From contig NC_043002.1 of assembly GCF_006345805.1 (NCBI RefSeq), forward strand, positions 50,220,001 to 50,284,000: a DNA stretch of 64,000 nt, given 5' to 3'. The DNA is from Octopus sinensis. Taxonomy: Eukaryota. The notes under the pieces were generated by a model. It did no database searches. It was not told the origin of the DNA and saw only the letters and a list, made by a program, of their open reading frames with translations. Below are positions 36,110-49,950 of this stretch, piece after piece (positions within the stretch are counted from its first letter, which is position 1; every line of letters begins with the position of its first letter). A program made the position numbers and the translations under genes.

Positions 36110-36537
36110 CTCTACATGTTTATCCAACTAATTAGAAATAGCAGCCAAATCTCCCTCAAGCCACACTTTTTTTAAAAATTGTAATGATATATTAGTGTTG
36201 TTCTACATATTTGTGAACAGACCGGACTGTCACTGTTGGAGCTCATTTCTTCATAGATCTGCTTGATTAGGATCAACCTGGTGCTAACTATTAATAACAC
36301 CAGTCAATATTATGTCATTTTTTGTTTTTAATAGAGAGCATATGTTAATAAAATTATCACTAGCAATTTATTATGGATCAATTCAATTGTGCGCTTGTCG
36401 TGTTCATAGAATATCTATTACATTACCTTTCTGTCTATTGTATTAACTCTGTCGCTCACACACATGCACACACTTCTCTTTCTTCTCCTCCCCCTCCCCC
36501 TCTAAAAATTTAGCTTTCTGTCTTTAATCAGAACTCT

Positions 36538-36720
36538 TCAAATTGGCAGAATTGCTAAAATATAAAAAAAAATGATTTCTTTCCATTGTGAGTTCAAATT
36601 CCTCCAAGGTCGACTTTGCCTTTCGTTCTTCCAAGATTGATAACAAAGTACCAGTCATGTGTTGAGGTCGACTACTCTCTGTACCCTGAAAATCGCTGGC
36701 TTTGTGCCTAAAACAGAAAC
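36538..36720 (+). mobile_element. SINE-B
   Basis: GAGTTCAAATTCCTCCAAGGTCGACTTTGCCTTTCG. Confidence 0.75.
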
Positions 36721-36883
36721 ATTTATTCCCATTTAGACTGTACATTGTAAAAATTTAGCTTTTGTTTTCAAGTCAGAAGGTTTTTGTATTGTTGTTAAGT
36801 CTGTAGGAGTACAAGATATTTTGGCACTGCCTATTTGGCATTGCTGATACAACGCTGATTTATTTGACCACAGACATTTTGAT

Positions 36884-36928
<45 letters not shown>

Positions 36929-36989
36929 CCTCTTTTCTTCTCCCTCTCTTTTCTTCCTCTCTCCTCCAGCTTCTCTTCTCTCTCTGAAT

Positions 36990-37322
36990 TTTTAGTCAAA
37001 TGAATTGACCTCAGTACTTATGTTTTTTAAAGCCAGGTACTTATTTTATCATTCACTTTTGCTGAACCACTAAGTTACAGGGACGTAAAGACACAAACAC
37101 TGGTTATCAAGTGGTGATAGAAGGACAAACAAACACAAAGACATACGTGCATTTGCACATACACTTGACAGGCTTCTTTCAGTTTCCGCCTACCAAATCA
37201 TTCACAAGACTTTGGCAGGCCCAAGGCTATTGCAGATAACACTTGCCCAAAGTGCCACACTGTGAGACTGAACCCGGAACCATGTGGTTGGGAAGCAAGC
37301 TTCTTACCACACAGCTACACCT
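36990..37322 (-). mobile_element. SINE-A lacking its 3' end
   Basis: Reverse-complement similarity. Confidence 0.85.
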
Positions 37323-38769
37323 ACCCTCAAAAAAAAAAAAAAAATTATGGCTTTGTACCCATGTCAGAAATCCTTATTATGATCACAATTATGTATGAGG
37401 GGTTAAGTGGAATTAATAGGTAGATATTTCAGGTTGATCTACATATTTTGGCAGTGTTGAATTTGGTGGTTTATGTGTCATGTCGATGAGCAAATCTCTT
37501 TGACGTCACTCTTTACTGGAGCGAGAGAATAGACACTGGATTATTGCTGCTGATATTGTCTTCTGCTAATGCTGCTGCTGCTGCTGCTACAGGTACCTCA
37601 CCTCGGAGATATAGAAATAAGGTACCTATGGTGTATTTATTCCAGGGTCTGGTGCTCTGAAACATGAGGTGCATAGTTTAATGGTGTGAAGTGTGAAGAT
37701 ACTGGTGCTATTTAGTGTTACATATATGTATGCATACATACACACACACACACACTTATACATGCATACATATATACACACACATACACACACACACACA
37801 CACGCATATATATATATACATACTTACACAGATACCTACATGTGCAGACACGCATATACACTCACACATGAACGCATATACATACACACACATGCAGACA
37901 CATATACACACACATTACATTACATTAGCTCTCTCTTTCTTTTCCTCTCTTATATGAGCGCTGTTTGCTCTTATTCTAAAGTGAAGATAGTGAAACGATG
38001 GCAGATACTGTCAGTCATGCCATTGATATGTCATGGACACCTGACTTCATTGATTCTATAGCTTTGCTACCTCAATCCTTCTTCCTTGCCCTGGACCTTT
38101 ATTCCATCTCACCACCACCACCACAACCACCACCATCATCTGTCTCCCTTTACCTTTTAGCTATTATGATAATGTAGCGTCACTTTATCTTCTCACATGC
38201 ACACACAAACACACACACACTCACACACATGTACATAGGCAAGCATGCACATGCATTCGCATCTACACTTGCTTGTCTTTATCCTGGAAAATTTTTTCCT
38301 TCCTGTAACACTAATAATGTTGATACACGCATTGCACGTTTTCTCTCTCTCTCTCTCTCCCTCTCTCTCACACATGCACACATACACAAGCATGCATCCA
38401 CTCACTCGTGCACATACACAAATGCATGCTGTGCATGTGCACAGTGTAAGAAAGCCTGATAATATATAGACATGGTTGATTTATGTGTGCGTGAGAGGTT
38501 AGATGGAGAAAAAAAATAGGAGTAGCGAGCGGATGTTGTTGATTTTCCACTGTCTATTCTAATGGTTCTTATATGTCTTCTTCTTCATCTTGCCCTCACC
38601 TTTTCCACTACTGGACTTCGGGAAAATGCTCTCAATTGACCTCTATTAACGATATCTTCAATTTCTGTAGAGATCTTCACATACCACCTATCCCCGCTTT
38701 TTTTTTATTATTATTTTATCTTCTGAAGTGACAATGATGTTCTTCTGGCTTTTTCATTGAAACAGATGC

Positions 38770-38955
38770 GGACAAAATTATTTGCAGAGGAGCTATATAG
38801 TTACATACTTATATAGTCTAAGTTCAAACCTTGCCAACGTTCTAATTGCCTTTCAGTTTTTAGAGGTCAGTGCAATAAAGTACCAGTCAAGTACTGTGCG
38901 TTGATATAACTGACTTTATCACCCAACTCAAATGTGTGGTCGTGTGTTCATGTTA
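38770..38955 (+). mobile_element. SINE-B, diverged
   Basis: AAGTTCAAACC..TTGCCTTTCAG..AAAGTACCAGTCAAGTACTG. Confidence 0.6.
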
Positions 38956-39489
38956 AATTCCCAATAAGTTATGAATACCCAAATTTTGAAGTTAGTTATG
39001 TAATAACATGAAATTAGTTACCCGATAGTAAGAATTCAAATAAATAGGCCCGGAAAGGGCTTTAATGCATTCCCAGAGTATATAGAACTTAGGAGGAAAT
39101 ACTAATAAGGTATGTATACTAAAATCGTGAAGCATGTTACGTAATAATAGGCTAATCAGGTATGAGTTAATAACAATTCAAAGTAAATAACTCTGAAAAA
39201 GGCTTTTGTGCATTCCCAGAGAATATTACCCTCAGGGACACTAGTGTTGGTATATTCATGAATAAGTCACTAACCAAAATAAGTGGATCTATTGTTTAGG
39301 AAAATGCTATTTACTTGTTTAAAGGTTGTACTAGATAAATTGCGAAAATAACTATAACAGTTCAAATACTCAGAAATAAGCATACTCAATTTGATTTATA
39401 CCAAATGATTTAGGAAAATGAATGGGTTATATATATATAAGGATGCTTTATAGATATATATATGTATAGATATATATATATAAGGATGC

Positions 39490-39660
39490 TTTCTAGGGGC
39501 CCTATTATCAATTTTTTTCAACAATCTGAGTATGCCATGAGGTTTCTAGACATGAGTTGTAATCATGTGTCAAGTTTCATCAAAATTGATAAAATGATGT
39601 AGGAGGTTTTAGCTAACAACTCCTCAAACACACAGACAGACAAAATTTCCCACATATGTA
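39490..39660 (+). mobile_element. Possible Helentron/HINE-like end
   Basis: TGTGTCAAGTTTCATCAAAATTG...CACAGACAGACA resembles HINE/DINE-type 3' regions; similarity recalled, not aligned. Confidence 0.4.
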
Positions 39661-39718
39661 GTAGATAATATAATGTAATATATATATATATATATATTTA
39701 TACATTTTATATTCTGTA

Positions 39719-39753
<35 letters not shown>

Positions 39754-40959
39754 TATATAATGTATGTATATATGTATATAAATGTGTGTGTACATATATT
39801 CATATACTTGCACACACATATACACATGTGTATATACTTGCATATCTATGTTATGTGTGAGAATGACAGGTAGATATGGAGAGAGACAGGGAATGGATGG
39901 ACCTTTTTGTGAGTGTGTATGGCTGCTTCCATAACATGTCTTCAATTAATAAACAGGAAGTTCTATAGTCAGCAAACGGAGCAGAGACTGGGGGAAGGCG
40001 GGTAAGGTGTATATAGTGTATGGATGCAGATATCAGAGTGTCTGGAGTAGGGTAGGACTGAGGCAGTAACGAGCAGAGCATGGTAGTAAGATACGAAAGT
40101 GTGGTGTACAGAGCAGATGTTGGAGGTATAAAGTACAGTCAGTGAGTGGAGCAGAGGTAAGATGTAAAGGTAGGGAGTTTGTGAAGGATGTAGAGATGCA
40201 GAGATTGGCAGGGAGGAGTGTAGTGTTTGGAGGCTTGGAGCAGAGCAGGGTTTAAGTATGGTGTGCAACACACACACACACACGTTCAGCATGTTTAACA
40301 AGCGCTAAATTACTAATGCTGATTTTGCATATTGTCATCTTTTGTCTCTTCACTTTAATATTTATGTATTCTAACATCAGATCTTTCACAGCATTTGTGG
40401 TGGTGGTGGTGGTGGTGGAGGGGGCAGTGGTGGCAACAAGAAATGTCCTTTGTTGGTCATATTTCTAATTGTTGTCGATTGTATTGGTATTTGTGGGTGG
40501 TGTAGTAGTGGGAGGGGGGATATTGAAGGTGAAGTAATAGTGGTAATGCTTGATTAACTGGTGGGTGGTGGGGGGGTTGAAGGTGAAGTAATAATAATAA
40601 TGCTTGATTCACTGGTGGTGTTGTCATTGGTTGTGGTGTGGGTGCTGGTGTTGCAGTGAATGAGTTCAGTGATGCTCCAGTGATTACAATCAGCATTAAA
40701 AGACATTACCTATGAGAGCATTTAATGTGCAGATGTGTGCATTTGTGTGAAATTATGCATCTTTGTATGTGTTGTTTGTGGGCTTGCATGTGTGTGCGTG
40801 TGTTTGTATGAATGTCTGCATGGGTCTCTGCATGTGTGTTTGTGTGTGTGTACATGGGAATATACCTGTATGTATTTATTTCTCTGTGCGCTTTTGTTTG
40901 GGAAAGTGCATAAAGAGAATGCACGTGTCACCCAGTGTTTGTGACTGTCTGTGTTACAA

Positions 40960-41290
40960 AATGGTTGTGTGTGTGTATGTGTCCACCCTTGTATGTGTGC
41001 AAGTGTGTGTGTGTCCTTGTATGTGTGCAAGTGTGTGTGTGTCCTTGTATGTGTGCTAGTGTGTATCCATCAATCCTTATACGTGTGCAAGTGTGTGTGT
41101 GTGTATGTCCTTGTATGTGTGCAAGTGTGTGTGTGTGTGTTTGTCCTTGTATGTGTGCTAGTGTGTATCCATGAATCCTTATATGTGTGCAAGTGTGTGT
41201 CTCCTTATATGTGTACTAGTGTGTGTGTGTGTGTCTTTATATGTGTGCAAGTGTGTGTGTCCTATCATGGCAAGTGTTTGTATATGTGTG
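40960..41290. repeat. Minisatellite (GTGTGTGTCCTTGTATGTGTGCAA)n
   Basis: Repeated units of about 25-30 bp. Confidence 0.85.
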
Positions 41291-42051
41291 TGTATATATT
41301 AAGCATCAGTTGTCAATCATTTACCTGAATTAAAGTTAGCATTTAGATGGCAGGTTTTTGAAATTTTTCATGAAACCACCATCCACCACCACCACCTCCA
41401 CCACCACTTACCTTTTCTATCCTGGCTCCACCCCCACCCCTGTCATGGCCCACATATTTTGATACTCATTATATAAGTACATACACACACACGCATGCAT
41501 GCACACACACCCACATGTACACTCAGAGGCTTGTACTTCCCTTATGTGTATGTGTCAGGGGCCAAGGGTCAGTGCATTTGACCCAAGTGGATGGTTCGCT
41601 TATGAGAGTGATTAAACCCTTCTGCAGCTGGTAAAGTGCTGACTTTTCACTTAATGGCCAAATGGACATCAATCGCTGCAATGCTGTTGTTGTTGGTTGT
41701 GGTGGTGGTGTTGTCATTAAGCTAAGTACACCTGTACCCCACCATCACTACCACACCTCCCTGTCCCCTTTCTCTTCCCCTTCCCACTGGAGTGCACTCG
41801 GATAGAGAACTGGTGGGAATGTTATTACACTAAGTACATCCACCCACCAACACCCATCATCAAATCTCTGATAATGTGAAGCATCTGCCATGTAGTCATT
41901 CAGTCAGCTACAAATGTCAGCTAAATCTCCTTCAAATCACACCTTACCACCTTGGTAAAGGAAGGACATATTAGACAGTGTAATCTTTGACAGGGTGGTT
42001 ATTTATGGCTTGAATGTCTTTAACCATTCCACTGCTTTTATGCATTTTATA

Positions 42052-42217
42052 GGTGCAGACACAGCTGTGTGGTTAAGAAGCTTGCTTTGCAACCACATGA
42101 TCTCTGGTTCAATCCCATTGCTTGGCATCTTGGGCAAGTGTCTTCTACTGCTGCCCTTGGCTGACCAATGCCTTCTGTGTGAATTTTAGTTGATGTTAAC
42201 TGTGGAAGCCTGCTCTC

Positions 42218-42256
<39 letters not shown>

Positions 42257-42387
42257 TTGTCACATTATTACTTGACAGCTGGTGTTGGTTTGTTTACATC
42301 CCTGCAATGTAACTGTTCAGTGAAAGCGACTGATTGAATAAGTACCAGACTTGAAACAAGTACCTGGGTCAGTTTGTTTGGCTAAAC
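42052..42387 (+). mobile_element. SINE-A truncated by a hAT MITE
   Basis: Head and body match up to GCTAAAC. Confidence 0.8.
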
Positions 42388-42948
42388 CAGTGATTCTCAA
42401 CCATTTTCATAACCTGATGAACCCTTAGTCATTCAGTATCTAAAAACTTGTATTATATTTTTACAATTAAATATTTATTAAAGAATTATATAAAAAAAAG
42501 CAATTACTCTTTTACTTGTTTCAGTCATTTGACTGCAGCCATGCTGGAGCACCACCTTTAGTCAAATAAATTGACCCCCAGACTTATTCTTTGTAAGCCT
42601 AGTACTTATTCTATCGGTCACTTTTTGCCGAGCTGCTAAGTGATGGGGACATAAACACACCAACATCAGTTGTCAAGCAATGGGGTAGGGACAAACACTG
42701 ATACAAACAACAAATGCATACATACATGTATATATACACATATATTTATATACAACAGGCTTCTTTCAGTTTCCATCTACCAAATCTACTCACAAGGCTT
42801 TGGTCGGCCCGAGGCTATAGTGGAAGACACTTGCCCAAGGTACCACGCAGTGGGGTAGAATTATAACCAGTTTATTCCACATACATTTTAACAACAAAAT
42901 CTCATGTGGACCCCCAAGGGTCATTTGAATCCTGGTTGAGAAACCCCA
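42388..42948. mobile_element. hAT MITE with nested antisense SINE-A (42504-42854)
   Basis: TIRs CAGTGATTCTCAACC / GGTTGAGAAACCCCA; flanks GGCTAAAC/AACTAAAC. Confidence 0.75.
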
Positions 42949-43296
42949 AACTAAACGGTTCTATATTATCCTTTTATATCCCTATACTTCTTATATTCTC
43001 CATTTTTCAGTATTGCTTTCAATTTTTTTCTTCTTCCTGTCTTTTCTATCCTATTACATTCCTTGTTATCCTGTTATATTCCTTGTCTGCCTCTTGCTCT
43101 CCTTCTTTTTCTATAGCCTCGTCATCCTTCCTCCTCCCCCCCTTCTGCCTCGCTCTCCCTCCATCCGCTTTCTCCTTAACAGATTAATCTACCTATAATC
43201 AATATCGTATCCCTCTTCATGTTATTACTATGCTGTCATTAGCATCGCCTTCTAGATTTTTAAAAAATTAGTTTCATTAATTCTTCAGCTTTCATT

Positions 43297-43327
<31 letters not shown>

Positions 43328-43359
43328 TTTTTTTTGTAGAGGTGGTTAGCTCTTTTCAC

Positions 43360-43850
43360 CTTTCACTTGTTTCATTCGTTATTCTTCAGACATGCTGGAA
43401 CACTGCCTTGAAGAATTTTAATCCAATGAATCAATCCCAGTACTTTTTTTTTTTTTTTGAAACCTGGTGCTTATTCTATCAGTCTCTTTTGCCAAACTGC
43501 TAAGTTACGGAGACATAAACAACACTGGTTGTGAAACTATAGTGGTGGTGGGGTGGGGAGCAAGCACAGACAAAAAGACACACGCACATAGATAAATATA
43601 GGACATTGGTCAGCCAGCGGCTATAGAAGACTCTTACTCTAGGTGCTGTACAGTAGGACTGAACCTGAAACTACAATTTGCAAAGCAAGCTTAGTGATAA
43701 ATCATCATCATCATCATCGTTTAACGTCCGTTCTCCATGCTAGCATGGGTTGGACGGTTCGACCAGGATTCTGGGAAGCCAGAAGGCTGCACCAGGCTCC
43801 AGTCTAATCTGGCAATGTTTCTACAGCTGGATGCCCTTCCTAACGCCTTC
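43360..43850 (-). mobile_element. Diverged SINE-A (43360-43700) and RTE-type 3' tail (43705-43850)
   Basis: Similarity to both families. Confidence 0.8.
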
Positions 43851-44221
43851 CTAAATAATTAATTTAATTTTAATTTGATTAATCTAGTTAATTCTATTCA
43901 ACCATGAATTTGCATGTTTTTTATATCACAGTATGAAACTATCGTATACATGAATTAAGATTCTCTTATATAATTTTAACATCTTCTCTTCTCCATTTTT
44001 AACTAAATTTTTGAGTTTTATGGGATTTCTTTCCATAAATTCCCCACACATCATATATAAGTACTATTTTCATATTCGCAAATTTACGCCAGTAAGCTAT
44101 CTGCAAAATCTGAAGAATCTGTTTTAGAAATCTCATTTTTGGAAACTTCCAAATTGAAGACAAATTTAATTCAACCTTTTTACACATATATCACTATATA
44201 TATATGTATGTATGTATATAT

Positions 44222-44412
44222 ATTCTATTGTTTCAGTCATTTGACTGTGGCCATGCTGGAGCACAGCCGTAAGTCGAACAAATTGACTCCAGGACTTCTT
44301 TGTAAGGCTGGTACTTATTCTATCAGTCTTTTATGCTCAGCTGCTAAGTTATGAGGATGTAAGCGCATCAACATCGCTTGTCAAGCGATGATGGGGGGGG
44401 GGACAAACTTAT

Positions 44413-44463
<51 letters not shown>

Positions 44464-44855
44464 CGCAGGAGTGGCTGTGAGGTAAGTAGCTTGTTTACCA
44501 ACCACATGGTTCCGTGTTCAGTCCCACTGCGTGGCACCTTGGGCAAGTGTCTTCTACTATAGCCTTGGGCCAACCAAAGCCTTGTGAGTGGATTTGTTAG
44601 ACGGAAACTGAAAGAAGCCCGTCGTATATATGTATATATATATGCGTGTGTGTGTTTGTGTGTCTGTGTTTGTCCCCCTAGCATTGCTTGACAACCGATG
44701 CTGGTGTGCTTATGTCCCCATCACTTAGCGGTTCGTCAAAAGAGACCGATAGAATAAGTACTAGGCTTACAAAAGAATAAGTCCCGGGGTCGAGTTGCTC
44801 AATTAAAGGCGGTGCTCCAGCATGGCCGCGGTCAAATGACTGAAACAAGTAAAAG

Positions 44856-44890
<35 letters not shown>

Positions 44891-44898
44891 ACAGGTTA

Positions 44899-44941
<43 letters not shown>

Positions 44942-45105
44942 GCACACACACAACAGGTTTCCTTCAGTTTCCAAATTCACTCTCAAGGCTTTGGTCGGCC
45001 CAGGCTATAGTAGAAGACACTTGCCTAAGGTGCCATGCCGTTGGACTGAACCTGGAACCATGTGGTTGGTAAGCAAGCTACTTAGCACACAGCCACTCCT
45101 GCACC
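44222..45105 (-). mobile_element. SINE-A split at its central microsatellite
   Basis: 3' half at 44222-44410 and 5' half at 44950-45105, both on the minus strand. Confidence 0.85.
44462..44855 (+). mobile_element. SINE-A, well-preserved, nested in opposite orientation
   Basis: Nearly the same as 7567-7954. Confidence 0.95.
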
Positions 45106-46659
45106 TACATATATATATATATATATATACACACATACATACACACACATAAACAAAAGCTTACTTGCATCTGTTATTTATTCTTAGTGTTTCTTCCACC
45201 TAAATCTACCTTAATCTGTGTATGTGTATGTGCTTGTGCGCTTGCCCATTTCTTTGTTCATATTTACAATTTTTCAACAACTCCTACATATGCTTCCCTC
45301 TCTATCAGTCACTCTCCATTCTCCAACATCTATCTATCTGTCTACCTACCTATCTACATTATAGATAGATAGATAGATCCAGCCTTCCATCTATCTGCCT
45401 CCACCCCCCCCCGTTTCTCTCCCTCCACTTTTTGACCCCTGTCAACATATTAGATATTTCTGTCTCCACATTATATTTCTCTTATTTCTCTCATTTATTA
45501 TCAACCTTCACCCCATCCCACTCTCATTGTGCTCATGGATTCCATACACACCTGTGTGAACACACACACACATGCATACACCAGTCACAAAGAGCATTGC
45601 ATATTTCTCTCCAAGACTGGTTTTCTTTCTCCTTTTTTTTTTGTTTTCCTCACTTTCCTCTATCTATTCTTCTCTCTCTGTCTCTTTCTCTCTCTCACTC
45701 GATCTATCTATCTCTCTATCTTCTTTAATCTTTTTGCTTTCCTTAACTCGCTTTGTGTTTCTTTTTCACTCTATCTCTTTCCTCCTCTCTCTCTCTCTCT
45801 CTCTTTCTCCACCCCATCAATTTACCCCTAATTTCTGTTATATTTCAAGGACTTTACCCCTCATCAGATTTGTTTACCTGTAGATGTATCAATGTTTGGT
45901 TATACAACTCCTGTTTGTGTGTTTGCATGTGTAGGTTTACCTGTATCTCAGTGTGTGTGTGTGTGTGTTTGTATCCAGCTGTAGGGAGTGTGTGCATGTC
46001 ATTGTAAGGATTTCCTTTAATTCTTGGTATCTTCCTTTGTTTAATTCTTATGCTTTTTTTCTAATCCCTCAAGCTTTACCATTTCTCCTCCTTCAACCGC
46101 CACCACAACCTCCCACCACTCTTTCGTTCAATCTGTGAATGGCATTTAGCTAATAACAAGAAACTAATACATATCTTGAAGTCTTCTTTCTTGATGGTGA
46201 GGTTTGGAACATGTGTATGTGTGTGCATGTGTGTATAGGACTGCAGGTAATTGTGTGTGTGTGACAGCAAGTAATTTTCTGTGTGTGTGTGTGATATAAG
46301 AGATGGCCAATAAAAATGGTGCTTATAATTTGCTAATAAAAGGAAATTAGCTTGTCACTAAGCCAATTTGATCTTTCCATCACTGACAACACTCTGTCTC
46401 TCTATCTGTCTATCTTGGTTTCTCTCTCTCTCTTTCTCTCTGTTTCTCTGTCTTTCTAACTTGGTGTTTCTCTCTCTCTCTCTCTCTCTGTTTTGTTTTT
46501 TGAAGGCACATTTCTGTGTATTTGTATTCACATACAATTAGGTGTATGACAAAATATAAATATCTGTCTATATCCATACACACATATGAGCACAATGTAT
46601 AGGTATTAGGTATACATATGTATCCATACATACATATATATATAATATATATATATATG

Positions 46660-46900
46660 TGTGTGTGTATATAGGTTTGTATATATAAGTATATATGTAT
46701 AGGTATGTTTGTATGTATGCATATGTATGTGTATATGTATATAGGTTTGTGTATATAAGTATATATGTATATGTATGTTTGTATGTATGCATATGTATGT
46801 GTATATGTATATAGGTTTGTATATATGTATAAATATGCTTGTATGTATGCATATGTATGTGTATATGTTTATATATGTATGTTTGTATATATGTATGTAT
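46660..46900. repeat. Minisatellite of about 70-bp units
   Basis: ATAGGTTTGT recurs near 46670, 46741 and 46810. Confidence 0.85.
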
Positions 46901-47146
46901 AACATAAATATTTAATTTGATATATTAGTGCCTTGATATATGACTACAGTTGCATTCATACATGGTGATGTGTTTGTGTGGTATTAAAGTGTTTGTTTGT
47001 AATGTAAGGTTTATGAGATATGTATATATAATATTTATCATTCATCTTGATGTGTGTACATCTTTTTATTTTGGGCAAATAAACAATATATATAAATATA
47101 AATATATGGATAAATATATATACATAGATACATACATGATACATGT

Positions 47147-47181
<35 letters not shown>

Positions 47182-47654
47182 ATGACATGTATTTATATTT
47201 TTTATATATTGATAGATATCCATTTATATATATATTTATTTATATTTACACACACACATACACATGTGAGTGAGTGTGGTTGGACATATTATTAAAAAAA
47301 AAAACCATATGCACTTGGACACACACACTCGTGGCTGCACAACATTTACTCATATGTGCATTGTATTATGCATGCATGCATGTATGTAGGTGTCTAAAAG
47401 AAAGTTAAAAAAACATGACAAAATTCATGTTTTCTAACCATTTCATCTCATAGCTTTCCATTACACTAATCCCCCTCCCCTTTCAGTGTTTGTCACTGGC
47501 TTTGGAAAAGGTAGGGAAGGTGTCAGTCATATTCACATTGTTTAAAATTAGTTGTTTTTAGACTATTTAGCATGTTTTTTTTTTTTTACCGTTTTGTCAT
47601 TACTTCTGTTTATGTCTGAGAGCACCAACAGTTCTTCAGTCTTAGTATTGTATC

Positions 47655-48060
47655 TCTTTTACTCTCTTTTACTTGTTTCAGTCATTTGACTGTGACCATG
47701 CTGGAGCACCGCCTTTAGTTGAGCAAATCGAACCCAGGACTTATTCTTTGTAAGCCTAGTACTTACTCTATCAGTCTCTTTTGCTGAACCGCTAAGTTAC
47801 GGGGACGTAAACACACCAGCATTGGTTGTCAAGCAATGTTGGGGGAACAAACACAGATACACAAACATATACACATACATACATATGTACATATATACGA
47901 CGGGCTTCTTTCAGTTTCCGTCTACCAAATCCACTCACAAGGCTTTGGTTGGCTTGAATCTATAGTAGAAGACACTTGGCCAATGTGCCACGCAGTGGGA
48001 ATGAACCCGGAACCATGTGGTTGGTACGCAAGCTACTTATGACACAGCCACTCCTGCACC
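47655..48060 (-). mobile_element. SINE-A, full length
   Basis: Reverse complement of 7567-7954. Confidence 0.93.
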
Positions 48061-48201
48061 TAAATTGAAATTCTTAGTTTACTTGTTGGTGCTGGTGTTG
48101 TATTCTACTCTGGTTCTTAACCCTTTATCATTCAGATTATTCAGGTTGCAAAAGTCTGCTATTTACAAGATTTTAAGATGCGATTCGAAGAAGATTTGGT
48201 T

Positions 48202-48510
48202 GATCACTGTCACCGTGACCGACCATGCTATCGGATGTTGCTACACATCGCTGGTCACAATGCGCTTCGCATTGTTTTAGCCTTCAAATGATGCCACCCC
48301 ACTGGCTAAGTGAGCAGGCCAACAGAAGGAAGAATGCAAGAAAGTTGTGGCAAAAGAATACAGCAGGGATCGCCACCATCCCCTGCTGGAGCCTCATGGA
48401 GCTGTAGGTGTTTTCGCTCAATAAACACTCAAAACGCCCGATCTGGGAATCAAAACCGCGATCCTATGACCGCAAGTCTGCTGCCTTAACCACTGGACCA
48501 TTGTGCCTCC
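48202..48510 (-). mobile_element. tRNA-derived SINE (family G)
   Basis: Minus strand GGAGGCACAATGGTCCAGTGGTTAAGG (A box) and GGTTTTGATTCC (B-box-like); internal CAGCAGGG/CCCTGCTG hairpin. Confidence 0.7.
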
Positions 48511-48829
48511 ACATTTGGTTGATGCATATAGCAAATCAAAACTTCATAGAGGCTACCCGTTGTTGTTGTAACTGTTGTTGTTGTCATTGCTGTCACTGCA
48601 GCTGCCAATATCATTTCTGTTGTTTAGTCCTTCTTTAAATTTGATTTTATTAAAGCTGGCAATTTGCCCACTCACCTCTTCAATCCAATCTGCACCCCTG
48701 CTTCCTGCGAGAAACCCTGGTTTCAAGTATCCTCATTATATTTCTTTACCTGTAAAATGTGTCTGTGTCTGTTTACGTGATTCTTATCTGCACCTTTGTG
48801 GACGGGCAGATATGTTTATCTCTGGCTGT

Positions 48830-49950
48830 TTGTGAGTACCCGCTTGTCTTTTCCTTGTTTCAATCGTTGTATTGGGAGCCCCATGCCGGAGCACTAGCAT
48901 TGAAGGTCTTAGTCAAACAAATGACCCCAGAACTTATTTTTCAGTTTTTAATCTTGTACTTATCCATTGGTCGCTTTTACCCATCATTAAAATCATAGGG
49001 ACATAAACAAACCAACACCAGTTTTCAAGTTGTTAGGTGTAGGGGCACACACATGAAGAGCTTCCACGCAGTTTTTGTCTACCACATTCCCTCATAAGGC
49101 ATTAGTGGTTAGCCCTGAGCTATAGTAGAAGACACTTGCCCAAGGTGCCATATGACGTATCTTTTATTTGAATGTATGTGCCAGAGTAAGAATTTCTTTT
49201 ATTCTTGATCTCTTCCATTTTTTTATTTTTTGTTCACTCCCTCAGGCCAGCTATACTATTTCTGCTCCCACCACCACATCCTCTCTACTTTACCATTCAA
49301 TCTGTGAATGGCATTTAGCTGAAAACAAGAAACTAATACATGTCTCGAAATAACCAATGCTTGCATTGACAGAATCACCAAGAAGTTCACTTTGCAACTA
49401 TGAGGCTTCGGGTTCTGTCCCTCACATGTGTGTCTATGTGTGTGCCTTACCCACCTTAGAACTTGGCAGCTGGAGTTGGTTTGTTTTTGTTCCCATATCT
49501 AAGCAGTTCATGGTGGAGAGCAATGGAATAAGTACCACCATGTGGTAAGAAGTTTGCTTCCCAGCCACATGGTTCCAGGTTCTGTTCTTCTGCATGGCAC
49601 TTTAGGCAAGTGTCTTCTACTATAGTCTCAGGTCGACCAAAGCCTTGTGAGTGGATTTGGTAGACAGAAACTGAAAGAAGCCCATCATATACATACATAC
49701 ATATACACACACATGTATGTATATGTATGCATATATCTGTGTGTGTATCTTTGTGTCTGTGTTTGTTACCCCCACTTCCCATCACTGCTTGACAACTGGT
49801 GTTGGTGTGTTTACATCCCTGAAACTTAGCAGTTTGGCAAAAAAACACTGATAGAATAAGTACTAGGCTTTAAAAAAATGAGTCCTGAGGTCGTGCTTGA
49901 AGGCAGTGCTCCAGAATGGCCGCAGTCAAATGACTGAAACAGGTAAAAGA
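48830..49950. mobile_element. SINE-A copies: diverged (-) 48830-49150 and (+) 49540-49950
   Basis: Similarity to SINE-A. Confidence 0.8.

Noticed and set aside
37998-38177. 59-aa small ORF MADTVSHAIDMSW... with good Kozak context
   Set aside because: No donor site, a low-complexity (CCA)n second half, and no recognisable homology.
48440-48510. tRNA-like sequences here and at all SINE heads
   Set aside because: A/B boxes are present but acceptor and anticodon stems do not close, and each continues into a SINE body.
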